DNA of 64,000 nt from Botryllus schlosseri (lineage: Eukaryota), in contig CM119372.1 of the NCBI GenBank assembly GCA_051294905.1, positions 17,424,001 through 17,488,000 of the forward strand, in the 5' to 3' direction. The notes under the pieces are model-generated. The model had not been told where the DNA came from, searched no databases, and saw nothing but the letters and a program-made list of their open reading frames with translations. The translations under genes and the position numbers were made by a program. Below are positions 51,701-64,000 of this stretch, in pieces (position 1 is the first letter of the stretch; each line of letters starts with the position of its first letter).

Positions 51701-54700
51701 CTATTATGTAGAGTCGAGATCACTGGTTTTTCAATGCGATCAGAAGGCGTTCGTCGATCGTCTTCCGCAATATCTTACCTCGAACCTAATGTTTGAGGTG
51801 CACCATATCGAAGAGAGATTCAAGAACATCCATTCGAGAGCGGAAAATACGCCCTAACTTGGAACGGAGAAAAAGACTTTTATCAGCTTATGAAGTCACC
51901 CGCAGGCGGACAGCAACCATACTATCCAAGCCCGCCAAAACTCGTACGTATATACAGTATAGGCCTACACATTTATCAAGTACACGATTGATGCTGGACA
52001 TTCATCTATTGGACAGTTGATGTTAAAGACACAGGCCTGTTTACTTAGGCGTGACTATTTTAATGCGAGACTTATACTGACAGAGTTTCTTTCACGCTGG
52101 CCAGGTCCATCCTAACTTACGCCTGCGCGATGAAAGCCAAAGGCTGGAATTGAGAACTGTCAACTGCTTGAGAAACGTTGAACGCGAACAATGGAAGACG
52201 CACTACCAATATAATTACACAGGTATGCCCGTCACGTATTATTTAAATCGTGATGTTAGGTAATTTAATGCGTGAAACCGCGTCTAAAATGACTCCTACA
52301 ATAAAATTATGTTGATTCAGGATATGGTGAATCAAACGCTATGCATTTGGATGACTACCATAAAAAATCAGTAGCGGAACTTACAGGCGGAAGGGACTCG
52401 AGAAATGATGAATTGGTAAATACGAAATCATATTTATGGGCTGAATAAGCATTCAGCTACAAAATATTTCACCAGCTTCCGAAATCAGTTCCTATACTGA
52501 CCTCTCCAAGAGCGATGGAAGGGAGATACGGTCGATTGTATCAAGGCAGAAAGCCGATTGTTGCTCCTGTACGATATCCGGACGAAGAGCCCGAACCAGA
52601 TTCACCGGATGTCATGGACTTCAAGCTATACTCATCTCTACCCGAGAAGTTAACCAAGTCAAGATACAAAGATGAATGGTAACTGATAATGATAACCAAA
52701 TAATGGTTGATATTGAGATTATTGAGAATTATGTAGAGGTTATTATTATTATTATTATTATGAACACTTTACCACTATTCAGCGGACAGTCCTCCAAGTT
52801 TATAATCCGGTCCAGCTGTAGCAAGGCCCGCAAAAACTTTGAGCGCGAAACCAAGTAGTTTTCTCGTGTAATTGACGCTATATTAAACCAGAACTCTTTC
52901 CCTTCTGAGCGCGGAGTGGTCTCGAATCCGAACCAATAAAGCCATGCTCCGTATACGGGTCGCCTATGAACAGTGAACACTGTTATACTACGAGTTTTCC
53001 ACGCGGGAATGCATCAATTGTGACTTTTTTTGACATTAACATCGAAATAATACCATTTCCACGTTACAGAATGCTGGATTCCTGTACTGGTCAAAATAGT
53101 TATCGATGGTACTAACTACAAATAACAATAGCGACTTCCAAGATATGTAAATATACTACTTAGAATAGCAGTAGAAAATGAAGATTTGAAAAGTACTCAA
53201 TTAACTCCTTTCAAAAAGGTATAGATTTGGTCGAGACCTCGTAGCTATTATCACAACTGACGCCAGATGCAAAATGACTAAAGCCACTGCGAAATGGTGC
53301 TATTTTCCAAAATATATTCCATCACCGTCATACAGAGGCTATTTCACTCATAAACATGCTTGAAGTATATCCCGAAACTATACTTTCTACTTTACCAAGT
53401 CCAAAGTCTAAAACGTAAGCAGTAGAGAAAGCAGTTACAAAACATATAGCCACTTGAGTAAGTAGTACAAGATAGGCAAACCGACTTGAGCACTGCGGAA
53501 AAGTAGAAATATTTCGTTACTGATCAACTCTGCTGGATTTACACTACAATGGGGGTACCTACAACACCCCCACCCCCTCTTTTCTAATTGGTGGTAGTGA
53601 TTCAAAGAAAAGATAGTCTTTCATTTCACGTCGCGATATCCTTATATTTAAATCTTTTACGATCGAGCATTATGCCACTTAAAGCTGGTGCATGACGATA
53701 TTAAGTGCTTTTCGGTAACTGTGTTGTCGCATCTCCTAGGTATAATACTACAGATGATGGTTTGGAGAATATCAATACTTTCGAGTCCACTCGCCGCAGT
53801 AAATTGCAAGACGGCGAAAAATTTGACTGGAAGAAGTATCAGCTTTCTCAGCATCCTGACAGAGGTATTTACGAATTCCGAATACGATATATCGCCCCAA
53901 AATTAAAGCAAGTAATGCCTGATCATCTGAATAACTACTTGGGCCTATTCATTATCGTTTGCATCCATTGGTACATCCGCGGCCACGAATCGATTATGTA
54001 GATATTTTGCACGTTATTCATTATCAAATTCCTACTTTGTCCCGCCTCGTGGGTTGAGCTGAGTTGCGTCAGTCACATATCATATCGTATATGGGGAGAT
54101 ATTCATGTTAATATTGCTAATTGTTATCGGAGGCACAGTCAGTAACGAAGTACTTCTACTTTTTCGAGTGCTCAAGTAGGTTTGCTTACTCGTGCTACTT
54201 ACTCGAGGTGTTATGATTGTAGCCTACTTTTTTGGCAAAACTACTAACTTTTTACACTTTGGATTTTGTAACGTAGAAGATAATTTTGGGTTAAGTTTAC
54301 ATCGCTTTTGTAATTGAAATGGTCACAAGAACTGCGTTAAATAACTCTTGTATCACCGAAAGTATTTTCTAAGATTTTACCTATCCGTCGTGTCGTTAGT
54401 CAATTGGCATACTCGAGTAGAAGCATCTTGTAATTTGGAAGTAGGTAACATATGATACTAATATATGGTGCTAAGATATGAGAACACTCGACCAAATCTA
54501 GTATATGCAGCTTATTTTGATTTTCCCACTTCCACTTGAAATAATTTTGGCATGTCTTGGAAATCGCTATTTCTGCTGGTAATTGAGTAGAATTTTACTA
54601 CATTACTTTTACTTGCATTCGAGTATCATCGCTGGCCACTTGAACCACATCTGCTATGAATTCGGAGTGGCGCCTATCTCCGTCTGCAGTCGTGTCGGCC

Positions 54701-55433
54701 ACGGACGAGAATAAGTTAAGCGTAAATGATGGAAATAATCGGAAAATAGCTTTGTGAGCTATTGAATTATGGAGTCATGATATGAGAACGGTTCAAATAC
54801 ATTAATGGTCGCTGTATGAAACTATGCATTTCGCGACTGGGAAAAATAGTCTCGGCTGTGTCGGTAGATTGTACTTACTAAACAAGACTTTTAGTATGGG
54901 AAATATGTGGAAATGTATTAATTATATTTAAGGTTAATAATACATGCCCCAAAAAGCAACGTACGGTCATGTTCATATCGACATTAAAAATTATTTATAA
55001 TAACAGCGATTACTATTATGGGAAACACGAGCGATCTTCTATATCTGTGATTGCAGCTTGTTTTTATTCCACGTGTTGCTTGCCCGTTTGAATAGTCTTC
55101 GGGGAGCTTAAATCAATTCACTATTGGCAACTGTTTCTGTCACGTAGAACATTATCGCCACTGTAACTTGCCTTGAATGCAGTCATTAAATTGAACTGGG
55201 CTCTGACTTTCTCCTTCGGTCCAGGTTTAGACATTGTGAAGGACAAGAAGATGTCGGAACCGGACCCACTATCCATCGGTGCGTACAAGAATCTTCCTAA
55301 AAGAATAGAGGAGCAGGAGAACGCATCCGAAGCCAGGCAAACCTATTTGAAAGACTCCGGAGAGGAACGAAAAGAAAAGTTTGATGTAATAACACTATAC
55401 TAGGGTTGCTATATAGGCCTATCTGTTAACGAA

Positions 55434-55488
<55 letters not shown>

Positions 55489-58400
55489 CCCTAAATGTAA
55501 TACACGAAAACAGAAGCTTTGAGAACCCGGTTTTCGGGGCGTCTTACAATTCTATACTTCTGCTTTTAGTTGAGTTTGAATTTACGGCATCATTTCTACT
55601 GTATTCGAGTATATAGACTAAACGATTACTTTGATCACCTCTGATACGTGCAAGTACTGGTGGATTAATACCAGAGCGTTTACATCGTTAATTTGCCGTT
55701 TAGAAAATCGATAAATTTCACGAGCTGCAGAGTTTGGAGATGCAATACCTTGCTGACCACGACCTTCACGCCCTAAGAAACAAAACCGACCAGATGGGAA
55801 ACAGATTGGAGCCAAGCGCCCTCGACCAACACGCTATTCAGGTAAGGCAGATTTCAACTGAACCGGTTTAGATATGGGATATCTCTTACGTTCAGGCTAT
55901 GATCGATGATACCCGAATGCAGATGCTACTTCGCGGCACTGGAAAGAAAGAGCGGTTCGACACAGGGCTGAAATACAGCACCGAAAAGATTTCGGACAAC
56001 GATCTCCTCACAGATCTCCACGACAGGTTAGCGCGCGTGCGCACATTTTGATGAGAGTTACTGCTACTCGGCAAGGTCAATAACCAGAGGAGGAGGTGGT
56101 AGACTGGTAGTTGTGGTTGGTACTGAAGTAGAAGTAGAAGTAGCGATTTCGAAGACAAAACTACTCCAAGGGGAAGTGGAAAATGAATATTTGAAAAGGA
56201 CTCAGTAATTAGTTTTAAAAAGTAGAATTAGTCTACAAGTCACACCTCTTTGGAGCCGTTCTAGTGACGAACATATCCACTTCACAAGATTAAGAGTCCT
56301 AAATGCGGTAGAGTTTGGGCAAAAACACTCGTAAGTAGAAGTAAACGTGGTCTAAACACACAACCACTTAAATAAGTACTGCCACCACTGTCAATAACGC
56401 CGCACATTTTCTCTTTGAACAAAAAGGCAGCTGGACGGGTACAAGACTTTTCAAAAGCACTGGCTAGAAGAAATACCCAAAGTGGAATCGCCGAGACAGA
56501 ACCACGTAGGCGAACTGAGCGGTTACGTCAACAGAACCAATCCGTTTTCGCTCAGTCTGAACAGCGCGCGGGAACCGAAAACTGCGCGCGAAGGAAACGG
56601 CTCCAGCTTTCGAACTTCTTCAACCGGGAGTATTTTGAAAACGCCGGGATCCCCGCCCAGAACGGGTTCGAGCAAAAGCATAACATTCAATGAGGTGAGA
56701 CGCGGTTCGACATTGGTATAGAACATAGAGAGGGCAATATGCTCTTGCGCAATCAAGCATCGGGTTTTTGACCGTGTGACGTCATGATTATTTGACACGC
56801 AACAGAATCTATTTGCGACGTCATGTCGTCGTTATAAAATTGTCTGCTTACACTTGAGGTATAGTGCTGATATGTCTTGGAAATCGTTTGAGTAGAAGTT
56901 GATGGAATTAGCCTACTTCCGCTTGTGCGAAAAATTATCGAGACGACAAATTTCGCGTCATCAGAAGGGGCCGCTCACACTTTCATCTGTGTGCCTTGGA
57001 GTCAACATTTATCAAAATACATCAGCCCGAGCTTTTTCTACAGAAGGAGTTCGTGCACCATCTTAAAATGGTACATTGAACGTTCTCATATTTGAGATTT
57101 CATTCCATGCTGGTAACGTCATATTTTGTGATACGATTGTTGTTATACAATGCTCTTCCCAATTCTCTACTAGTTGCTGGCGATAACGCCTGACGAGTCT
57201 CAGCCGAAAATATGCGGGTTCATTTGAATATGAATATACTATTCAATGGAATTACTTCTATTTCAAAGGTTTATTGCTTATTAAGGCCTAGCGCAGTATA
57301 CAGTGCTGTGCTAATTCGGTCACAGGGCCTCCCAACACACCATGCAAATGTCATTTAGTCCTAAGCATGTCATATTCGCTTTGGTTCTGCAAAAGCATGG
57401 GAAAATCTTAACCCATAAATCGCGTCGGAGCCTTCGGGGCTTCGCCACCCTCTCGGGCAATTCATGGTCTATATCGCGGCCTTCGAGCATTGCGGTAAGT
57501 CGACTTGCTCCACATGATCTATTAGTGGAAGCCTCCTTCAAAAACGACGGCTGCGATTTCCCGGAGGTCCATGACTGTCATGCACACATATCTACTCAGT
57601 TCTTCCTCGCGCTTCCGACGTCCCATGATCCTCTCTAATCCAGCACTAGACCGGCGACACGTATCTCCTCCATCTTTTTTCGTGATGTTGCCCACTGCAC
57701 TATATGTGGAGTCTGGTATTTCTGTACTTTAACTAATTTTATCACCTCTGCTTAGGCCAGGGACGTTGCCGGTACAAAAATATGGTCGGATCAACAATAT
57801 TATCGCGATACATGGGCTATTTCACACAGTTTTTATGACCGTTTTGCTCTCAAAACTACTTTTCAAAATCGAAAATAGCTTTTGCCTACAGAAACTGTTC
57901 AAGTAGAAATGGAAGTAGTCTATACAATCATAACCACTTTAGTAATTCGTGCAAGCAGGTAAAACCGAATTGAGTACCCGGGAAAGGTAGCAATATTTCG
58001 TTACTGACCAGTGACCACATCTGCTTACAAGCAACGTGTGTTATTATTTCTAAAACACTTCAGGTTGTGCGAGTGGCGTCTTCGGAGTACGGCGACAAGT
58101 TCCGAATATCGACATCCTTGCTAACGAAGGCTGATGACGAAAGCGCGAAAAGAGAAAATAACAAGTATAGCAAGAGATCCCCCACCCCGCTACCGTCTCC
58201 TATTCGAGTTCGTCGCGAGCCGTCAATTCAGCAAGGTTAGTACGGAACACGCGGCCTTCTATTGATCAGAGAATCACCAGCGATCAGTTGGCATATGTGA
58301 TCACTACGGGCAGTCGAATTCATCGTTTGGTACTAGACATTCGGCCTTTGAGATCGAAGAAGTCTATACTTGATTGTGATTATGCTAATTTGCCTTCTAT

Positions 58401-59224
58401 AGTTACTTTTGCCCGGACGTCGTCAGTAAGGAAGTACTCAAATAGGCTTTGCCTATGCTTGCACTATTTGCTCTAGTGTCAGGGTGACCAGCCTGTGGCC
58501 CGCGAGCCGTATATGGCTCGCGAGAAGGTTCTGAGTGGCCCGAAATTAGTTATATTATTAAATGTTAATTACCCATTTAATTTATTATGAACTTGCAGGG
58601 TCAACCGAAACTTTAATTATGGCTGACAGCAAAATTTGGTATGTCGATGCCTAAAAAAGCAACATTTCCGACTTATTGGTAGGCATATACGTGAATCTGC
58701 GGTTTATTTATATGGAATATGGTGCTCTTTGATACGACTGATTCTCTTTCATCTTTTCATCCTTACTTCACCCGCAGGAGTGTCACCCAGAGGACCGGTT
58801 CTGCGAAGCACAAACGGATTTCCGCATCGCGACTCCACGCCCCAGCCACAACCCACCTGGAAGTGGAACTACGACAGCCGTTCTGAAGCTGAATTTGACC
58901 ACCTTGCCTGGACCCCAAGGCCCCACTCAGCTATGCCGCAAACATCCCTACTCGATATTCAGAATAGTTGGACAAAGGTAAGACATCGACAGACTATCTT
59001 CGCAGTAATTCGAGAACGTCGTGTTTCAGAGTGACGCGCACAAGAGGCTGCACGAAAACTTCCCGGAGAACTCCCCGGATTATCGCGACAACTATAGGGA
59101 TTACGAATTAGCTGACAAGTCCGCCGATTTGCGTTTCACGCGGTCGGCCGTGCATCGGGAAAAAAGACACCTATTTTACGGTTATAACGGATATCACTTT
59201 CACAATGGGAACCCCGTCGTTTAA
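48791..59224 (+). CDS. SPMIP4: C7orf31 / sperm microtubule inner protein 4 orthologue (~15 coding exons)
   Basis: Exons 48791-48930, 48994-49135, 49568-49707, 50170-50360, 51798-51943, 52105-52222, 52321-52415, 52476-52678, 53740-(53864 or 53911), ~55225-55385, 55704-55841, 55896-56026, 56427-56694, 58064-58235, 58778-58977, 59030-59224. Motifs SNELFTPLQ, LPWGRAREYGG, GHRHYG, PAEHPY, LDDYH, PQTSLL and RHLFYGYNGYHFHN match human C7orf31 as I recall it. Confidence 0.88.
50499..51482. mobile_element. hAT MITE family A
   Basis: Same TIRs; TSD TTCTGCAG/TTCTTCAG. Confidence 0.9.
55436..55485. repeat. (GT)n microsatellite
   Basis: Perfect dinucleotide run. Confidence 0.95.
57109..57247 (+). mobile_element. 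Solo pLTR-like copy with hammerhead-like core
   Basis: Colinear with 28977-29100; CTGACGA-GTCTCAGCC-GAAA-ATAT-GC. Confidence 0.7.
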
Positions 59225-59361
59225 GACCTGGAAACAGTATATTTGCGCACTTGCACATCATAACTAAGAATGCACTTAATAGTTTTCACGGCCTCGAGAG
59301 CTACTCTCAGTGATTCGTCCGTTCACATCTCCAGTTCGCATTAAATTCCTGACGTTGAAAC

Positions 59362-61253
59362 CAGTGGCGGCTCGTGACAATATCGGGTGGTGGGGCAAGG
59401 GCTGCAAGCGACTTTTTATCAAGATGACGTCACTATGGCGTTTTCCAACGTAAACAAGTAACTTAATGATGGTACGGTAACATGAATTTCCCGGCAACAG
59501 TGATTTTAACGTATGTGCCACGAGAGGTCCGCTGGTGAGCTGTGACTTGAAGTGTGGTAACTGCGTAAACGGCGTACGGAACAAAGATTCAACACGGTTC
59601 ATGTTCGCATTAGACCTGACTAATTATCTGCAGAAATGGAAATGACTATAACTCGAGAGATAGCGTAAGCCTAATTGGAAAGGTCAACGAATTCGGACAG
59701 ATACGCAATTGTTATCTCATAGATTGGGCCTGTCCTATTGAATCCAAAACATCATTGTAAAGGACTAGGAATAGCAGCCTCGGAAATTTGGTCTCGGTAC
59801 AGCATAAGAGATTTTGGCCTTGAAACTGGAGACTGTAACACGACACATACGTTTTTATTACTGTCTTATAGGTCTGCTGCGAAATCGCCTTTGAAAAATA
59901 TATTACCGAATAAATACGTGGATGAAAGCCCTAAACTTGGTACACTGTTACATGACATTATCGAGAAGTGGCCTCATGGCCCTTTTCGGTATGGTACACT
60001 GTCAAAATTAATGCGAACAGACCAACACCGAATTTTGCGTAAAATTTACTGAGGAATAGGCTGATCAAGTGACGGGGGGGTTGTACGCAAATGGCTTGAA
60101 GGCCACAATTTCACGATGAAATTGACATTGGAGAATATACGATCAAAGTAAATATTTGAATGCAAACTGAGAATGATATCATCATCTCACTTAACGGTAC
60201 CGCAGATACACCGGCTTTTGCGTGAAATCCGCAATGTGTTGTAGGCTAAAGTGTCAGATCGGAGCACATCTTTACCATACTCGACCTTGATAACGAAATT
60301 ACTGCCCTAATCATTGAGTGTCAACCTTGAGACTTGGCACAGCGTTCGATACTAAAATCAAGACATACCGTGCAAAAGCTTATGACGGATCTAGGTAAGG
60401 AGCATCGTTAAAATCAATAGAGACCAATACCGGCTTTGCGTATAATCTGTTAGCGACAAATGACGAGTCAGCTCTCACTCGAATTAAGAAACGAAATTAC
60501 CACTAACACAGTTCAGTGACAAACTTAAAACTTGGTACAGCGTTCGATACTAACATTAAGACTTACCGTGCCAAATGTCATAACCGATCTCAGTATTGAA
60601 CACCGTCAAAACCAATGGATACCAATACCGGCTTTTGAGTAAAATCTGTTTGCGATACATGACGGATCAGCACACACTCAACTTCGGAAACGGAATTACT
60701 ACCCTAAACTTTAAGTAGAAACCCTGAAACTTGGGGCAGTGTTAAATACCACCATCACGACATGACAGAACAAGTTTCAAGAGTTTTCATGGTGTGAAAC
60801 CCCATTAAAATCGACCTATACCAGCAAAGGTCGACTAAACGCATATGACGGTAACAGAGTTCAGCCATAGATACGATTGTTACATCACACCTTAAGGGCA
60901 CAGAGCTATCGTGCCCCGGTTGCTCGGTAATTTTATGAATAGGAGAGAGTAAATCACCGTTTCTTTATTGTGCGCGGTTTTGAGAGAATAGACAGTGAAA
61001 GCTTGTTATGAGCGCTACCGGGGTAAGCCCCGGCTAGGCATTCGCAAAGCGAAAACACAGAAGAGAATTCGATTTTCGCAAAGACTTCGCTATATATGGG
61101 CATTTACAAGCGAAAGGACAAGAAGTATACGATTTTCGCTGTGATTTCGGTTTATATAGATAGGTGTGCGTCTATAAATGGTAAAGAATTGTTATTGAAC
61201 AGAATTTTAGGTGGGGCAATGCCCCAGTTGCCCTATAGGACGAGCCGCCACTG
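59362..61253. mobile_element. hAT-like non-autonomous element with nested tandem-repeat element
   Basis: TIR CAGTGGCGGCTCGT/ACGAGCCGCCACTG; exact TSD GTTGAAAC. Confidence 0.85.
59850..60933 (+). repeat. Helentron/DINE-like element with ~200-bp internal tandem repeats
   Basis: ACCGGCTTT recurs at ~60209, 60429 and 60626 (ACCAGC at ~60820); ACTTGG motifs recur; 3' hairpin GGGCAC-n9-GTGCCC precedes a T-run. Confidence 0.55.
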
Positions 61254-62187
61254 GTTGAAACTATTGTGTTACCACAGTGTCCGGGTTCTCAAGGAGTAGG
61301 AGTTACCCGAGTGATTTTAGTCCGAATCTAGTATTAACCGTAGCGTATTTGAGTATCACTCATAACGACGTCATAAAATCATGGAGGATGTGGAAGGTTA
61401 AAATATGTACCTTTCATGCGACCGCAAAGGAAATAACGCCAGGGCTACACACCACATAAATATAATAGGTATTTTTCGACCGCACCTATTTCGTTACACT
61501 TCACTCACTCCACTCTCATTTCTGTATTTTTCAAGACCCTGCAATTGCAGTGCGATCGAGGATGATGTATAGAGCCCTAGTTATTACCACTGATCGGTGT
61601 ACTACGAGAAATGCACAAGACAGTTTTCCTTCCAACGTGGTCGCATTTATTTATGTTTCTCCAACGTAAAATGCTATCACGGTAATGATCAGATTACAAG
61701 ACCCAGAAAACCATAGTGACAATTACCAACCCAACTTCTCGAATATAACGGAATCATTTGAGTAGTCGCTTTTGGTTTCAATTTCAACATGTTACGTACA
61801 ACCAAGCGAAAACACTAAGACAGGGGTTCTTAAAGTATGGGTAGCGACAGCATCAGTGGGATCTTGTAATTTTAATATGTATTCAACATTTGTTGAATTT
61901 CTTGCAACAAATAATTTTCGTCGCGCTTCGCCCGATATCCTATGGATAAATTGTTCATTTTTTCGAAGATATTTGAGTTCTATTAGCAATAAGCGATGCA
62001 CGTAGAAAAATCCTTACTACAATATGGCTTTATCATGAAAATATGCCGACCTTTGTAGTAGGCTACACAAATTGGAATGGATTCGTGATAAGTTTTGCCC
62101 GACATTGGCTTCTCTGTGAAACACCGCCGGAGACCGTAGGGCTGCATTAGTCCAGCGGTGTGCGTCGGGTGCGGGCATATTTTTTGC

Positions 62188-62752
62188 TCAGGTATTTCGA
62201 GACCAACCCCTTTCGCGTCGGGACACATGAAGACATGAAGTTTTGACCAACACGGCTTGGCCACGTGCGGCGCTAAAAACATCGGCGGCGATTAAACCTG
62301 AACCGACATTGACCGTCTCTGGTTGGCCAAAACCTTCGATATTGATATGTCCGGTCGGCGAAATGGTCGCTACGGAATAGTCCCCTCCTTGCAATCTGAG
62401 TAGACAGTAGTAGAAATGCGACCCACAGAAGAAAATAATTGAAATCGCGAGCGTCAGTCATGTTTCGTAGAGCTGCGTTGCGCACGACTGTTGTCTGCGC
62501 CTTCTATAACTAATAACTATATGTTATACATTTCCGTAAAAATGTAGCATACGTAAAAATGGATTATTTTTTATAAGTGAGGGTTGTGTCAGATTTGGGT
62601 CGCAGTCTAAAAAGTTTAAGAACCACTGCACTAAAACAATCAACTATCACCCAACGTTCATAGCAGAATTGGTTGTCCAATTTAAGATAACGCAGTGGGA
62701 AATGCGGCTGTTGGTCATCATCGTAAAGTTCGAGTTCGACATTGAAGTTATG
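62188..62752 (-). CDS. Possible exons of an unidentified minus-strand gene
   Basis: Pyrimidine-rich acceptor TACTCAG at ~62396 precedes a GC-richer open frame (LQGGDYSVATISPTGHINIEGF...). An upstream protein-like stretch reads DHNFNVELELYDDDQQPHFPLRYLKLDNQFCYERW. Phases were not reconciled. Confidence 0.3.
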
Positions 62753-62994
62753 ATCTTCCCATGGAAACAAAATTAAAATCAGATATGTTTAAAAGGGTGA
62801 AGGAATTGTAGAATATTAATATACGCAAGCTGAGAAAATCCTCATCACAAGACATGAACGATTAAACATGAACATGGCAAACTACTTGCACTATATATTC
62901 AGTTATGCGCTGTGCAGACATGTAGCACTAGAACATAGCGCATATAAGTAACCTGAAGTTTCATGAACAATGATGGGACCGAGATATCTCTGTG

Positions 62995-63551
62995 CAGGGG
63001 CGGGCAACTTCTCCGGTCGGCAGGCCGGATATGGGAAAATGAAGCACTTGGCGGGCCGGATTAAAAGGAGTATATACATTAATGGCGTATTTATCCACCT
63101 TTACAAGGAATAAATCGTATTTAATGTAAACTTTAAGTTTATAGCATAGAGACCAAAAACAGTATTTAATGAATTTATTCACAGTAGCAGTTGCAGTCAA
63201 TCAGACATCTATTATCGGTCAGAGTTGTCAATAAGTTCTTTGAACTCTGGCTGCATGTCGTATGTAGAAACCTTTAGTGAAGACTGCACGCTAACATCAG
63301 TTATATTGGAACGCAACCATTTATCGTTAATGTTCATGGTCGAAAATATATGTAGCCTACACCTTAACAGAGCAAGTAGTTTCATATCCATCTTTCTCAC
63401 GTAGGCAAACTTGGATTCATTCTGTGACGCATAAAATTTGTCAATACTTTCAGAATATAATTTCACTTCCAGGGTCAAAACTCTCTGCGGGCCGGTCAAA
63501 ATCCCTTCGCTGGCCGGATCCGGCCCGCGGGCCGTATGTTACCCGTCCCTG
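62995..63551 (-). mobile_element. hAT element with transposase C-terminal (dimerisation domain) relic
   Basis: CAGGGGCGGGCAAC...GTTACCCGTCCCTG. The minus-strand IFSTMNINDKWLRSNITDVSVQSSLKVST resembles the hATC C-terminus. Confidence 0.7.
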
Positions 63552-63855
63552 CTCATGCAGTCTACACATGCAGTGGCTTGATTCCTGAAATTGGATCGCA
63601 ACAAAGCATGATGTCATTGGTGTGCATCACTCTTACTGTGAAGCAGGGGTGTCAAACATAAGGCGCGTGGTTCTGGAAAATGGTTGTATTATCCGGCACA
63701 TTTCTAACAAACGTTGACATTTATGGTTATGAAATATCTTCATAAAATAATACCTCAAGACAGCAAATGTCGAGTATGTTCATAAGCCACGTACCACATA
63801 ACCATCCGAAAGTGGTGTTGCTGGTACACTGCAGTCACCATCAGCAACAAGTAGC

Positions 63856-63974
63856 CAGACTTGGACAACTAGATAATTCTAGTTGTCTAATTTCACTAAA
63901 TTAGATCGAAATGCCAGTAATCTAAATCTAATCTAATTTGGAAAAGCGGAAAATGTTCTAGTTGTCCAAGTCTG
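63856..63974. mobile_element. 119-bp hAT-like MITE
   Basis: TIR CAGACTTGGACAACTAGA/TCTAGTTGTCCAAGTCTG; TSD CAAGTAGC/CAAGCAGC. Confidence 0.8.
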
Positions 63975-64000
63975 CAAGCAGCTGCCATTGACACCCAATT

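Noticed and set aside
52676..52858. Exon candidate after acceptor TATTCAG at ~52782
   Set aside because: Stops occur in all three frames; exon 52678 joins in phase to 53740 instead.

Overview
This is eukaryotic, intron-containing, MITE-rich animal DNA, most likely from a stolidobranch ascidian (Styelidae-like). The taxon is inferred from the styelin-like peptides and the tiny 52-70 nt introns. Hand-built gene models, in order: (1) two divergently transcribed, multi-exon paralogues encoding secreted cationic peptides with styelin precursor architecture (22-aa signal, amphipathic Tyr/Lys-rich mature peptide, G-DM junction, acidic C-terminal propiece), but with mature peptides about twice styelin length; (2) two complete tandem 6-exon myosin essential (alkali) light chain genes; (3) a melanogenic tyrosinase whose real C-terminus, with an ENQALL dileucine sorting motif, lies in a second exon missed by the ORF track; (4) an orphan single-exon type I membrane protein; (5) a ~15-exon C7orf31/SPMIP4 orthologue with an upstream RFX X-box; (6) possible exons of an unidentified minus-strand gene at the right end. 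Mobile DNA: many hAT MITEs with 8-bp TSDs (several nested), a TTAA foldback element, a tRNA-derived SINE, and a 5'-truncated Penelope-like element with inverted pLTRs carrying minimal hammerhead ribozyme motifs, plus related solo pLTR-like copies. Family assignments rest on my recall of known sequences, not on database searches.
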